Origin: Myxococcales bacterium | Lineage (GTDB): Bacteria; Desulfobacterota; Binatia; HRBIN30 | Length of the DNA: 54,252 nucleotides | Direction of reading: 5' to 3' | NCBI GenBank assembly: GCA_037445065.1 | Contig: JBBILD010000025.1 | Coordinates: 1 to 54,252, forward strand | Shown here: positions 8,265 through 17,811 of the stretch, in pieces | How the letters are laid out: each line of letters starts with the position of its first letter | Position numbering within the stretch: the first letter of the stretch is position 1 | Notes under the pieces: model-generated | Database searches by the model: none | Told to the model about the DNA's origin: nothing | The model's input: the letters and a program-made list of their open reading frames with translations, nothing else | Made by a program: the position numbers and the translations under genes

Positions 8265-9935
8265 ATGCTGGCACACCTCGGGCATTTGTTCCAAACCCTC
8301 GCTGGCGCCTTACCGGAACGTCCGGCCTTTGTCTGGCGTGACCGCGAACTCACCTACGCAGAGTTGCACCAGCGCTCGGCTCGCTTGGCCAATGCGCTGC
8401 TCGACTGGGGGCTGGGCTGCCACACCGAGCGGCAACACTTGCAGCCGTGGGAGTCGGGGCAGGATCACATCGCGCTTTACATGTACAACTGTAACGAGTA
8501 CCTGGAGGCCGCTTACGCCGCATACTACGCCCGGGCTGTTCCGATCAATGTCAACTACCGCTACGTCGAAGACGAGTTGGTATACGTCTTCCGGAACTCT
8601 CGCGCGCGTGCCGTGGTGTACCACGCAGCGTTGGCTCCTCGCCTGGCTGCCATCCGCCACCGACTTTCCGACCTCCAGTTCTTCATCCAGGTTCAAGACG
8701 AATCGAACGAGCCGCTCCTCCCTGGCGCCGTGGAGTACGAGACATTGCTGGCCCAGTATCCGGCGGCTCTCCCCTCACTGTCCTACTCTCCGGATGACCT
8801 TTACATTCTTTACACCGGTGGCACGACGGGGCTCCCGAAGGGAGTGGTCTGGAGACAGGAAGACGTGTTTTATGCGGGGCTCGGTGGTGCTTTGCCGGGT
8901 TTCCCGCGCATCGAATCGGAAGAGCAGCTCATTGATCTAGCAAGGGCGGGGTTCGGAGGGCGCCCCTTGGTGGCGGCGCCCTTTATGCACGGTGCCGGAC
9001 ACTGGACTTGCTTCAACACATTCCACCGCGGCGGCACCGTGATTTTGCCGGACCAAACCAGGCACTTCGATCCACACGACTTCTGGCGCACGGTCGAGCG
9101 ACATCGGGTAGATTCGTTGGGCTTGATCGGCGACTCCTTCGCCTTGCCCCTTCTCGGTGCACTCGAAGAACGAACGTACGACACATCTTCCGTGCGGGTG
9201 GTGGTGAGCACCGCGGCTGTGTTGTCTGCAAGCGTCCGCGACCGGCTGCTCCGCTACTTGCCCGAGGGGGTCATGGTGATCGAAAACATCGGGGCCAGTG
9301 AGGCAGGCTTGCAGGCGATGAGCTTCGATACGCGCTCCGAGTATTCCGGACTTCCCGCCTACCAACTGCGCGACAACACGGTGCTGCTCAACGCGGATCG
9401 CACTGCTCGCCTCGACCCGGATCAAGCGCGTCCAGGGCCAGAAGGCGATATTGGTTGGGTTGCCACCTTTGGCCACATCCCACTTGGCTACTTGGGGGAC
9501 CCACAAAAAACGCAGCAAACCTTCCCGGTGATCGGCGGGGTTCGTTACTGCGTCGGCGGCGACCGGGCTTGTTACGCGGCAAACGGCCAGGTGCTGTTTT
9601 TGGGCCGCGAATCTTCCTGTGTGAACACCGGTGGCGAAAAAGTATACGTCGAGGAGGTCGAGCGGGTTCTCAAAAGCCACCCAGCAATCTACGACGCGCT
9701 GGTCGTGGGTGTTCCCGATCCTCGCTGGGGGCAGCGCGTCACTGCTGTGGTCGCGCTGCGCCCAGGCCACCAGACGCCTGCTCTCGAGGAAATCCGCGAG
9801 CACTGCGGACAGTACTTGGCTGGCTATAAGATCCCTCGTTCCTTGGTGGTGGCACCGCAGATCCAGCGTAGTCCCAGCGGCAAGCCAGACTACGCCTGGG
9901 CCAAACAGTTCGCACGCCAGGTACTGGGCGTGTAG
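8265..9935 (+). CDS. Acyl-CoA synthetase, FadD19-like
   Basis: NVNYRYVEDEL, YTGGTTGLPKGVVWRQED, PFMHGAG, NTGGEKVYVEEVE, SPSGKPDY. Confidence 0.9.
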   Translation: MLAHLGHLFQTLAGALPERPAFVWRDRELTYAELHQRSARLANALLDWGLGCHTERQHLQPWESGQDHIALYMYNCNEYLEAAYAAYYARAVPINVNYRYVEDELVYVFRNSRARAVVYHAALAPRLAAIRHRLSDLQFFIQVQDESNEPLLPGAVEYETLLAQYPAALPSLSYSPDDLYILYTGGTTGLPKGVVWRQEDVFYAGLGGALPGFPRIESEEQLIDLARAGFGGRPLVAAPFMHGAGHWTCFNTFHRGGTVILPDQTRHFDPHDFWRTVERHRVDSLGLIGDSFALPLLGALEERTYDTSSVRVVVSTAAVLSASVRDRLLRYLPEGVMVIENIGASEAGLQAMSFDTRSEYSGLPAYQLRDNTVLLNADRTARLDPDQARPGPEGDIGWVATFGHIPLGYLGDPQKTQQTFPVIGGVRYCVGGDRACYAANGQVLFLGRESSCVNTGGEKVYVEEVERVLKSHPAIYDALVVGVPDPRWGQRVTAVVALRPGHQTPALEEIREHCGQYLAGYKIPRSLVVAPQIQRSPSGKPDYAWAKQFARQVLGV

Positions 9936-10117
9936 CGGTTCGTTAGCGCGCCGCCCTGCGCCGCTCGCTGGCTCCTCGCCGCGAGAACACGTTGCCGGCG
10001 TCAGCCTTCCCTGACGAGCGTCGTTCGTTTCTGCGAGCTCAAGGCTTCGCAGCGGCGATCAGGCGTCCTGCGGCCACCGCAACAAGGCAAGCGACCGCGT
10101 TCAGGGAATCTCACGTG

Positions 10118-10140
10118 TTGACAAACAAACGTTTGTTGGA
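10118..10140 (+). promoter_or_regulatory. Sigma70-type -35 box with perfect palindromic operator (copy 2)
   Basis: TTGACA (10118-10123) is followed by the perfect palindrome AACAAACGTTTGTT (10124-10137), just upstream of the TetR start at 10155. Confidence 0.8.
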
Positions 10141-10154
10141 GTAAGAGTTCGCGC

Positions 10155-10838
10155 GTGAAACGAACGGCGAGACCGGCAAGTAACAGCGAAGAGAAATCTA
10201 CCCGCCAGGCGATCCTCGACGCGGCGGAACGCCGCTTTGCAGAGCGCGGGTTTTCGGGGGTGTCGGTACGGGAGATCGCGGCCGAAGTGGGCCTGAAGAA
10301 CCAGGCCAGCCTCTATCACTACTTCCGCAACAAGCGGGCGTTGTATGAGGCCGTACTGGCCAGGGGAGTGGAGGAACTCGTCCGTCTTGTTGCGGGGGGT
10401 GTGCCGGCAAGCACGAGGGAGGAGTCTCGCTCGGCGGTGGAGCAAACACTCGATCACGTACTCGACTACCTCAGCGCGCACCCCCACTTGCCGCGCCTCA
10501 TCCAACGGGCTGGGGTGGATGACCTGCGGTTTTTCCGCGCCACTGTGGTGCGCTTGCTGCGCCCCCTGTTCCAGCAGGGCCTGGGCGTGTTGGCGATGTC
10601 CGGCGCGCCTTGGCGCCGCGAGGAGCTTCCCTTTGTTGCAGCGGGCATTTACCACATGATCTTCGGTTACTTCGCAAATGCGCAGCTCTTGTCGCTGGTC
10701 GCTGAAGCAGACTGGCTTTCGCCAACTGCAGTCCGGCGCCAGCGCGAGTTTCTCAAGACGGCGATCACGCAGTTGCTCGGCATGCCGCGCGGTGTCGTCA
10801 CTCCGCTACGCGGCGCGACCAACGTACCTAAGGCGTAA
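10155..10838 (+). CDS. TetR/AcrR family transcriptional regulator
   Basis: TRQAILDAAERRFAERGFSGVSVREIAAEVG..SLYHYFRNK helix-turn-helix. Confidence 0.93.
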   Translation: MKRTARPASNSEEKSTRQAILDAAERRFAERGFSGVSVREIAAEVGLKNQASLYHYFRNKRALYEAVLARGVEELVRLVAGGVPASTREESRSAVEQTLDHVLDYLSAHPHLPRLIQRAGVDDLRFFRATVVRLLRPLFQQGLGVLAMSGAPWRREELPFVAAGIYHMIFGYFANAQLLSLVAEADWLSPTAVRRQREFLKTAITQLLGMPRGVVTPLRGATNVPKA

Positions 10839-10853
10839 ACAGGGAGGTGCAGC

Positions 10854-12095
10854 ATGCGACTCGAAGACGTCAATTTGTATGATCTCGATCGTTGGGAGCA
10901 GGGGGTCCCGCATGACATGTTTGCGGTGCTACGCAAAGAGGCGCCGGTCTACTGGCACCCGGAGCCGAAAGGTGGGCGTGGCTTTTGGGCGGTGACGAAG
11001 TATGCGGATGTGGTGCACATCTCCAAGAACCCGCGCCTGTTTTCCTCGTACCGTGGTGGGACCAACATTTTCGATGTTCCGGAAGAGGATCTGCACGTCA
11101 CGCGGAACCTAATGTTGAACATGGACCCACCGCAGCACACGAAGTACCGAAGACTGGTCAGCCAAGGGTTCTCGCCGCGCCGTGTCGCAGCGCTCGAGCC
11201 ACACATCCGCGAACTCACCACCCGCATCCTCGATCAAGTCGCGCCGCGGGGCGAGTGCGACTTCGTAACCGAGATCGCGGCGGAGTTGCCCCTTCAGGTG
11301 ATTGCAGAACTCATCGGCATTCCTCAAGAGGATCGCCACCTCATCTTCGACTGGAGCAATAAGCTCGTTGGTTTTGACGACCCCGAGTTCCGACAAGATC
11401 CGAACAATATGGAGGAAGGTAAACGGGTGGCGGCGGAAATGTGGGCGTACGCGCACCAGTTAGCCGAACGTCGCAAGCGTGAGCCCGGGGATGATTTCGT
11501 CAGCAAGCTCATGCATGCAGAAGTCGAGGGGCGGCGCCTGAGTGAACTGGAGTTCGATTCCTTCTTTTTGCTGCTCGCGGTGGCCGGTAACGAAACTACC
11601 CGGAACCTCATCTCGGGAGGCATGCTCGCCCTGATCGAGCACCCGGAACAGAAGCAAAAGCTGCTTGCGCACCCGGAACTCTTGCCTACGGCCGTCGAAG
11701 AGATGCTGCGCTGGGTGACGCCCGTGATTTGTTTTCGCCGCACGGCCGCAGCGGACACAGAAATTCGGGGGCAAAAAATCCGCGAGGGCGATAAGGTGGT
11801 CATGTTTTACATTTCGGCCAATCGGGACGAGGAGGTGTTTGCCAACCCGGACCAGTTCGACGTGGCCCGTTCGCCGAATGAGCACATCTCCTTCGGGATC
11901 GGGGAGCACTACTGTCTAGGCGCCAACCTCGCTCGTTTGGAAATCCGGATCATGTTCGAGGAGATTTTGCGCCGCTTCCCAGATATGGAGTTGGCCGGTT
12001 CGCTACGGCGCCTGCGCTCGAACTTTTTGTCTGGCATCAAGTCCATGCCCGTGCGTTTCACCCCCGAGCGGCGCCGCACAACCGCCGCTCACTAG
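10854..12095 (+). CDS. Cytochrome P450, CYP125/CYP142-like
   Basis: MDPPQHTKYR, LLAVAGNETTRN (I helix), EEMLRW (ExxR) and FGIGEHYCLG heme motif. Confidence 0.93.
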   Translation: MRLEDVNLYDLDRWEQGVPHDMFAVLRKEAPVYWHPEPKGGRGFWAVTKYADVVHISKNPRLFSSYRGGTNIFDVPEEDLHVTRNLMLNMDPPQHTKYRRLVSQGFSPRRVAALEPHIRELTTRILDQVAPRGECDFVTEIAAELPLQVIAELIGIPQEDRHLIFDWSNKLVGFDDPEFRQDPNNMEEGKRVAAEMWAYAHQLAERRKREPGDDFVSKLMHAEVEGRRLSELEFDSFFLLLAVAGNETTRNLISGGMLALIEHPEQKQKLLAHPELLPTAVEEMLRWVTPVICFRRTAAADTEIRGQKIREGDKVVMFYISANRDEEVFANPDQFDVARSPNEHISFGIGEHYCLGANLARLEIRIMFEEILRRFPDMELAGSLRRLRSNFLSGIKSMPVRFTPERRRTTAAH

Positions 12096-12160
12096 CGGGT
12101 GTGGTTGACCGAGCTCGACGCTCCAGGCAACGTAAGGAAGCGAAACGAGGAGTGCAGGGC

Positions 12161-12352
12161 ATGAAAATCCGCATTGATTACGATCTGTGCGAGGGCAACG
12201 CGGTTTGTATGAAAGTGGCGCCGGAGGTCTTCGTGGTCGGGGAGGACGACCGTGCACGCTTGCTCGACCCGAACCCGCCGGAATCGCTCCGAGCAAAAGT
12301 GGAAACAGCAGTCCGCCGCTGCCCCCGGCAAGCGATTTCCCTAGAAGACTGA
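12161..12352 (+). CDS. Single-cluster (3Fe-4S type) ferredoxin
   Basis: MKIRIDYDLCEGNAVC..APEVF...CPRQAI; directly downstream of the P450. Confidence 0.9.
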   Translation: MKIRIDYDLCEGNAVCMKVAPEVFVVGEDDRARLLDPNPPESLRAKVETAVRRCPRQAISLED

Positions 12353-12391
12353 ACGTACGCGCTCCTCGGATTTGCGGTTTTCGAAGGCAGC

Positions 12392-13312
12392 ATGGAGCGC
12401 GTCCGCGAGCTCGGGGCAAAACTCTCGAATTGGGGGCGCTGGGGTGCGAACGACCAACGCGGCACCCTGAACTTTGTTACCCCAGAGGTCATCCTACGCG
12501 CAAAGCAAAGTGTTCGGCGCGGTGTCGTCTTCAGTTTGGGCTTGCCGATCGGTCCGGATGGCCCGCAAATCGGACAAGGGGGGCGAACCAACCCGCAGCA
12601 CTATATGAGCGCGTTGCATGTCGGCTACGGAGCGGATCCTGGCGGCTTTCGTTACAACGATGATGTGGTGCTCCTGCCACTGCAGTGTGCTACCCAGTGG
12701 GACGCGCTCGCCCACGTTTACTACGGGGACCGCTTGTACAACGGGGCCTCGCCGCAAACGGTTACCTCGAGCGGCGCGAGCTGCAACGCAATCGACGCGA
12801 TCGGCGATGGAATCCTCTCACGCGGCGTACTTTTGGACATCGCGCGCTTGCAAGGCGTCGAACGACTGCCGCCGGGGTTCGCGATCCAGCCTGAGCACCT
12901 TTCTCGTGCCGAACGGGAGCAGGGCGTACGAGTCGAGCCAGGAGACGTGGTCTTGATCCGCACTGGGCATATTACGGTCTTCACGCGGGAACAAAACCGC
13001 GAGGGATACATGCGGCAAATGCCGGGGCTCGGCCTCGCTTGCGCAGAATGGTTGTGGGAGCGCCAAGCCGCCGCCGTCGCCAGCGACACGAATGCGGTGG
13101 AAGTCATCCCGTTCGAAGACCCGAGCACACCCCTACCCTTCCACCTCGTGTGCATCCGGGACATGGGGCTCACCTTAGGCGAGATGTTCGATCTCGAAGA
13201 ACTCGCCGAGGATTGCGCCCGCGAGGGGGAATGGACGTGCCTGCTTGCCGCCCCAGTGCTCAAGGTGCGCGGCGGCGTGGGCTCACCGCTGAACCCGCTG
13301 GCGGTGCGCTAG
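12392..13312 (+). CDS. Cyclase family (kynurenine formamidase-like) metal hydrolase
   Basis: SNWGRWGANDQRGTLN, TQWDALAH, SRGVLLD, GDVVLIRTG, GSPLNPLA. Confidence 0.9.
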   Translation: MERVRELGAKLSNWGRWGANDQRGTLNFVTPEVILRAKQSVRRGVVFSLGLPIGPDGPQIGQGGRTNPQHYMSALHVGYGADPGGFRYNDDVVLLPLQCATQWDALAHVYYGDRLYNGASPQTVTSSGASCNAIDAIGDGILSRGVLLDIARLQGVERLPPGFAIQPEHLSRAEREQGVRVEPGDVVLIRTGHITVFTREQNREGYMRQMPGLGLACAEWLWERQAAAVASDTNAVEVIPFEDPSTPLPFHLVCIRDMGLTLGEMFDLEELAEDCAREGEWTCLLAAPVLKVRGGVGSPLNPLAVR

Positions 13313-13966
13313 CTGGTTCTGGCCGCTTGTCGGACCGTTCGGTCTGCGTACCAACAAGCGCTCGACCCATAGCTGCAACTGGCGCAGCAGTTCCTCCTTG
13401 CTCGCGCGCAGCCCGAGTTCCACCCAGCGGGCCAGGAGCACCTGATCTACCGCACTGAACAGGCGCGCGAGTAGTGCGGGATCCTCATCCACCAGCACTC
13501 CCTCGCGTACACCTTTGCCCATGAGATCGGCCTGCAAGCGATGAATCTCTTCCCAAACCGCCGCCCGCCGTTTGCCGTTGGCTGGACTCACGCTCCAGGC
13601 GCCACCCAGCCGCAAGTGCATCCGTAAAAAATCCGGATGCGCGGTAAAGTAGGTCACGTACGCTTCCATGAGTCGTCGGAGCGCTTCCAGCGCCCCGGCC
13701 GCGCTCGCGGTAGCGTCTCGCACCAACGCCAGAATCTCCTCGCCGCGCCACTGCAGGACCCCCTCTAGCACGGCCTCCTTGCTCGCAAACACGCTGTAAA
13801 TGGTACCCATGGACACGCCGGCTTGGCGCCCGATCTCCTGCATGGAGGCCGACGCAAATCCCTTGTCGGCAAACACCCGCTCCGCGGCCTCAAGAATGTG
13901 CCGGCGGTACACCTCTGCCCGAGCTTGACGCAGTTTGTCCCTCGCAGTTCGCGGCTCGCGACCCAT
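13283..13966 (-). CDS. TetR/AcrR family transcriptional regulator
   Basis: ILEAAERVFADKGFASASMQEIGRQAGVSMGTIYSVFASKE; its 3' end overlaps the cyclase gene by 30 nt. Confidence 0.9.
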   Translation of the reverse strand: MGREPRTARDKLRQARAEVYRRHILEAAERVFADKGFASASMQEIGRQAGVSMGTIYSVFASKEAVLEGVLQWRGEEILALVRDATASAAGALEALRRLMEAYVTYFTAHPDFLRMHLRLGGAWSVSPANGKRRAAVWEEIHRLQADLMGKGVREGVLVDEDPALLARLFSAVDQVLLARWVELGLRASKEELLRQLQLWVERLLVRRPNGPTSGQNQLAHRQRVQR

Positions 13967-13992
13967 GATTCGGCAATATCACCAGATTCGTG

Positions 13993-14050
13993 CATTGACA
14001 ATTCAATGTTCCGAATGATAGTTCGGTGATGCGAATCCGGATTTCGCATC
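13993..14050. promoter_or_regulatory. Divergent promoter region with TTGACA and three consecutive inverted repeats
   Basis: CATTGA-N4-TCAATG (13993-14008, containing TTGACA 13995-14000), CCGAA-N6-TTCGG (14011-14026) and GATGCGAA-N7-TTCGCATC (14028-14050). Confidence 0.6.
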
Positions 14051-14075
14051 GCGCTCGGCAAAGGAGGGTTGGACG

Positions 14076-15200
14076 ATGGAGTTTGGAATCTTTTCCCAAA
14101 TGCACGTACCGCCGTGGGATGATGAGCACTCTCGCTTCATGCGGGAGTTAGAGGTGTCCGAGGCGGTCGAGGCCGCAGGTTTTAAGTACAACTGGGCTCC
14201 TGAGCACCACTTCCTCCAATACTACTCGCACCAGCCTGCGCCGGAAGTATATCTGAGCTGGGTGGCGGCGCGAACCAAACGAATTCATATCGGCACCGCC
14301 ATTGTGAACATTACGGCTCCCGTCAACCACCCGGTCCGTGTGGCTGAGCGCATTGCCACCATGGATCACCTTTCCGAAGGCAGAGTCGAGTTTGGCACCG
14401 GGAGAGGTTCTTCGTCGGCCGAGTGGGCTGGATTCTGCATTCCCTCGGCGGCGGAGACCAAGCCTATGTGGCGCGAATCACTCGAGCAGATTCCTCGCAT
14501 GTGGCGAGAGGAGTCGTACGAGTACGAAGGAAAGTATTTCCGCGTCCCGCGGCGGGTCATTTTGCCGAAGCCGTATACGAAGCCGCATCCGCCGCTCTGG
14601 CTCGCTTGTTCGAGTCCGCACACCTTTGTCGAGGCTGGCGAACTCGGTCTGGGAGCGTTGTGCTTTACCTTCGGAACTCCGGCGGAAATTGCACCGCTGA
14701 TCAAAGCGTACAAGGAAGCGATCGGGCGCTGCACCAACCCGATTGGCGGGTACATCAACAACAACATTGCCGTCACCACCAACATGTTTTGCTTGCCAGA
14801 CGGGGACGAGGCCCGGTATCTGTACGCCAACGCCAAGGTCGAGCGCTTCACAGAGTACTTTTTCCAGTGGCTCGACTCGATCCCCCGCCCGAAGGGCCTT
14901 CCGCAGGAAGGCCCGATCGGTCCTCTTCCTCCGACCACCCCCGAGCAGCTAAAAGCCGGTCTCGCAGTGGGTGGCCGGCAAATCGGTGCCCCGGAAGAGA
15001 TCATTCCGGTTATTCAAATGTACGAAGAGCTTGGCGTGGACCAACTCATCTACGCTCCGCTCACCTTGACGTTGGACCAAAAGCACGTGCTGCGTTCAAT
15101 CGAGACTTTTGGAAAGTACGTACTCCCCAAGTTCGATAAGGACCCTGTGCACAGCACTGTGCGCCAGCGCGAGCAACAGCTTGCGGCGCGCGCCGCATGA
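14076..15200 (+). CDS. LLM class (luciferase-like) flavin-dependent oxidoreductase
   Basis: MEFGIF, WAPEHHF, HPVRVAERIATMDHLSEGRVEFGTGRG, PKPYTKPHPPLW. Confidence 0.92.
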   Translation: MEFGIFSQMHVPPWDDEHSRFMRELEVSEAVEAAGFKYNWAPEHHFLQYYSHQPAPEVYLSWVAARTKRIHIGTAIVNITAPVNHPVRVAERIATMDHLSEGRVEFGTGRGSSSAEWAGFCIPSAAETKPMWRESLEQIPRMWREESYEYEGKYFRVPRRVILPKPYTKPHPPLWLACSSPHTFVEAGELGLGALCFTFGTPAEIAPLIKAYKEAIGRCTNPIGGYINNNIAVTTNMFCLPDGDEARYLYANAKVERFTEYFFQWLDSIPRPKGLPQEGPIGPLPPTTPEQLKAGLAVGGRQIGAPEEIIPVIQMYEELGVDQLIYAPLTLTLDQKHVLRSIETFGKYVLPKFDKDPVHSTVRQREQQLAARAA

Positions 15201-15230
15201 CGTTGAGGAGCGCTTGCCGGCAGGTGCTTC

Positions 15231-16694
15231 ATGGCTGGGCTGGTGGTTGACCGGGTGCTGATCGGCGGAAAATGGGTGGCCGCAGAACGCGGCACCTACC
15301 CCGTTGTGAACCCGGCCACCGAGGAACCGGTGGGGGAGGCGCCCTACGCCAGTGTGGAACAAGCCCGGCAGGCTGCTCAAGCCGCCTCCGAAGCTTTTCT
15401 TCACGGTCCCTGGCCCCGCATGACCGGCGCGGAACGCGGAGCGCGGCTCCGGGATGCAGCGGCTGCCCTTCGCAAAGAAGCGGAGCGGCTGGTGGAACTT
15501 GCCATTGACGAAACCGGGGCGCTGCGACAAGTGGCGGTTTCTCAGCAGGTTGGCGCCGCCATTCAGCGCCTAGAGCGCTACGCGGAACTCGCGGCTGAAG
15601 CTCCGGAAGTGCCGTTTGCACCTCGGAGCGTGGCCTCGCCCCGAGGCGAATTTCTCACCGGTGGCATTGCCGTACGCGAGCCGGTGGGAGTGGTGGCGGC
15701 AATCACCCCGTTCAATTTCCCGATGACCAATTGCGCCGGCAAAATCGGGCCGGCGTTAGCCTGTGGCAACACCGTGGTGGTGAAACCGGCGCCCGTGGAC
15801 CCGTTGTGCGTCGCCGAAATGTGCCGGATTCTGGCTGAGTTCTTACCTCCCGGCACCTTGAACTTCGTGTGCGGCCCAGAGCCGGATGTCGGTGAAGCTC
15901 TGTGCGAGAGCCCTCACGTGGACATGATCTCCTTCACCGGGAGCACAAAGGTCGGGCGCGTGCTGCAGGAGCGCGCCGGTGCCGCAATGAAACGCACGTT
16001 GATGGAACTCGGGGGGAAATCAGCGTGCATCGTATTTGCCGACGCCGATTTCGACGCAGCGTTGCAGGGGGCGATGCAAACGTGGACGTTCCACTCCGGC
16101 CAAATCTGTATCGCCGGCACGCGCCTGCTGATCGAGCGCGGACTGTACGATTCGTTCGTCGGGCAGCTCAAGCAAGCCGCGGCGCGCCTGCCCATCGGCT
16201 CGCCGCGCGATCCGCGCACGGTGGTGGGTCCGTTGGTTTCGGCCGCTCAGCGTGAGCGCGTTGAGTCCTTTATCGCTCTCGGATTGCAAGAAGGGGCGAC
16301 CCTCGCTTGCGGCGGCGGGAGGCCAGCACACCTGCCCAAGGGCTTTTACCTGGAGCCCACTCTTTTCACGGGCGTGCACAATCAGATGACCATCGCGCGC
16401 GAGGAGATTTTCGGTCCGGTCTTGGTCGCGATCCCGTTCGCGGACGAAGCGGAAGCAGTGGCGATCGCCAATGACTCCCCGTACGGCCTGTACGGGTACG
16501 TGTGGTCACGAGACATGGCCCGCGCCATCCGCGTCGCGCGCGCGCTGCGAACGGGTACCGTACAAATCAACGGTTCCCCTCCGCATCCAGAAGCGCCCTT
16601 TGGCGGATACAAACTCAGCGGTGTCGGCCGCGATGGGGGCCGGTGGGGGATGCAAGCGTACTCGGAGTGGAAATTTATTGGCTGGAGGATGTGA
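15231..16694 (+). CDS. Aldehyde dehydrogenase
   Basis: ITPFNFP, SFTGST, MELGGKS, catalytic GQICIAG, EEIFGPV, PFGGYKLSGVGR. Confidence 0.95.
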   Translation: MAGLVVDRVLIGGKWVAAERGTYPVVNPATEEPVGEAPYASVEQARQAAQAASEAFLHGPWPRMTGAERGARLRDAAAALRKEAERLVELAIDETGALRQVAVSQQVGAAIQRLERYAELAAEAPEVPFAPRSVASPRGEFLTGGIAVREPVGVVAAITPFNFPMTNCAGKIGPALACGNTVVVKPAPVDPLCVAEMCRILAEFLPPGTLNFVCGPEPDVGEALCESPHVDMISFTGSTKVGRVLQERAGAAMKRTLMELGGKSACIVFADADFDAALQGAMQTWTFHSGQICIAGTRLLIERGLYDSFVGQLKQAAARLPIGSPRDPRTVVGPLVSAAQRERVESFIALGLQEGATLACGGGRPAHLPKGFYLEPTLFTGVHNQMTIAREEIFGPVLVAIPFADEAEAVAIANDSPYGLYGYVWSRDMARAIRVARALRTGTVQINGSPPHPEAPFGGYKLSGVGRDGGRWGMQAYSEWKFIGWRM

Positions 16695-16700
16695 AGGCTC

Positions 16701-17780
16701 ATGCGCGTACAGGCGGCGGTGCTGAGGAAGTCCGGGCAACCTGTGGAGATCCGCGAGGTAGAGGTGCGCGATCCCGGGCCGGGCGAGGTTCGCGTCCGCA
16801 TGCGTGCCGCTGGGCTCTGCCACTCCGACCTGAGTGTGATTGATGGTACGATCCCCTACCCCACGCCCCTCGTCCTCGGGCACGAAGGTGCGGGCGTCGT
16901 CGAGGCGGTGGGTGCCGGCGTGCGTAGCGTGCGGGAGGGAGACGCCGTCATTCTCTCTACCCTCTCTCACTGTGGGCGCTGCCCTGCTTGTGAGTCAGGA
17001 CACCCTACCCTGTGCCGTAATGCACCAAGCCCGAAGGAGGTGCGCCCCTTCTTACTGGACGGGGAACCGGCGTTTCAGTTTGCCAACGCCTCCGTGTTTG
17101 CGGAGGCGACGCTTGTGCGTGAGGAAGGGGCTATCCCGATCGATGCACGGATTCCATTCGATCGAGCGTGTTTGATCGGCTGCGGCATCGTGACCGGCTA
17201 TGGCGCTGTGGTCCATCGCGCGAAGCTTCGACCCGGCGCCCGGATGGCTGTGTTCGGAGCGGGTGGCATCGGCTTGAACTGCATCCAAGCGGGAGCGTTG
17301 GTTGGGGCAAGCCAGATTGTCGCCGTTGATGTTGTACCCCAGAAGCTCGACTGGGCGCGCCAGTTTGGGGCTACGCACACCGTCAACGCCGCGCAGGACG
17401 ACGCGGTGGCAATGGTGCAAAAACTCTCTGGCGGCGGGGTGGATTACGCCTTCGAGGCGGTCGGCTCGCTCAGCGTCATCCGCCAGGCGCTCGACTGTCT
17501 TGCCCCGGGCGGCACACTCACCATCGTTGGTGTGCCCGCACTGGGCTCGCAGTTTTCGTTTCCCGTCCATCAGCTCTATCAAAACAAAGCGATTCTCGGT
17601 TGCCGCTATGGCGCCGCCCAGCCGCGGGTGGATTTTCCCCTGCTCGCGCAACTGTACTTGGCGGGGCGGTGGAAAATCGATGAGCTGATCACCCGGCATT
17701 ACGCGCTCGCGGAGTTTGCGCAGGCTTTGCACGACCTGCAGAGGGGAGAGTTGGCCAGAGGCGTGTTCACGTTTTCTTGA
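16701..17780 (+). CDS. Zn-dependent alcohol dehydrogenase (MDR)
   Basis: CHSD, GHEGAG, CGRCPAC..C, GCGIVTG, GAGGIG. Confidence 0.95.
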   Translation: MRVQAAVLRKSGQPVEIREVEVRDPGPGEVRVRMRAAGLCHSDLSVIDGTIPYPTPLVLGHEGAGVVEAVGAGVRSVREGDAVILSTLSHCGRCPACESGHPTLCRNAPSPKEVRPFLLDGEPAFQFANASVFAEATLVREEGAIPIDARIPFDRACLIGCGIVTGYGAVVHRAKLRPGARMAVFGAGGIGLNCIQAGALVGASQIVAVDVVPQKLDWARQFGATHTVNAAQDDAVAMVQKLSGGGVDYAFEAVGSLSVIRQALDCLAPGGTLTIVGVPALGSQFSFPVHQLYQNKAILGCRYGAAQPRVDFPLLAQLYLAGRWKIDELITRHYALAEFAQALHDLQRGELARGVFTFS

Positions 17781-17811
17781 GAGATCCCAATCTCAGAAAG
17801 GAGGTCGGAAG

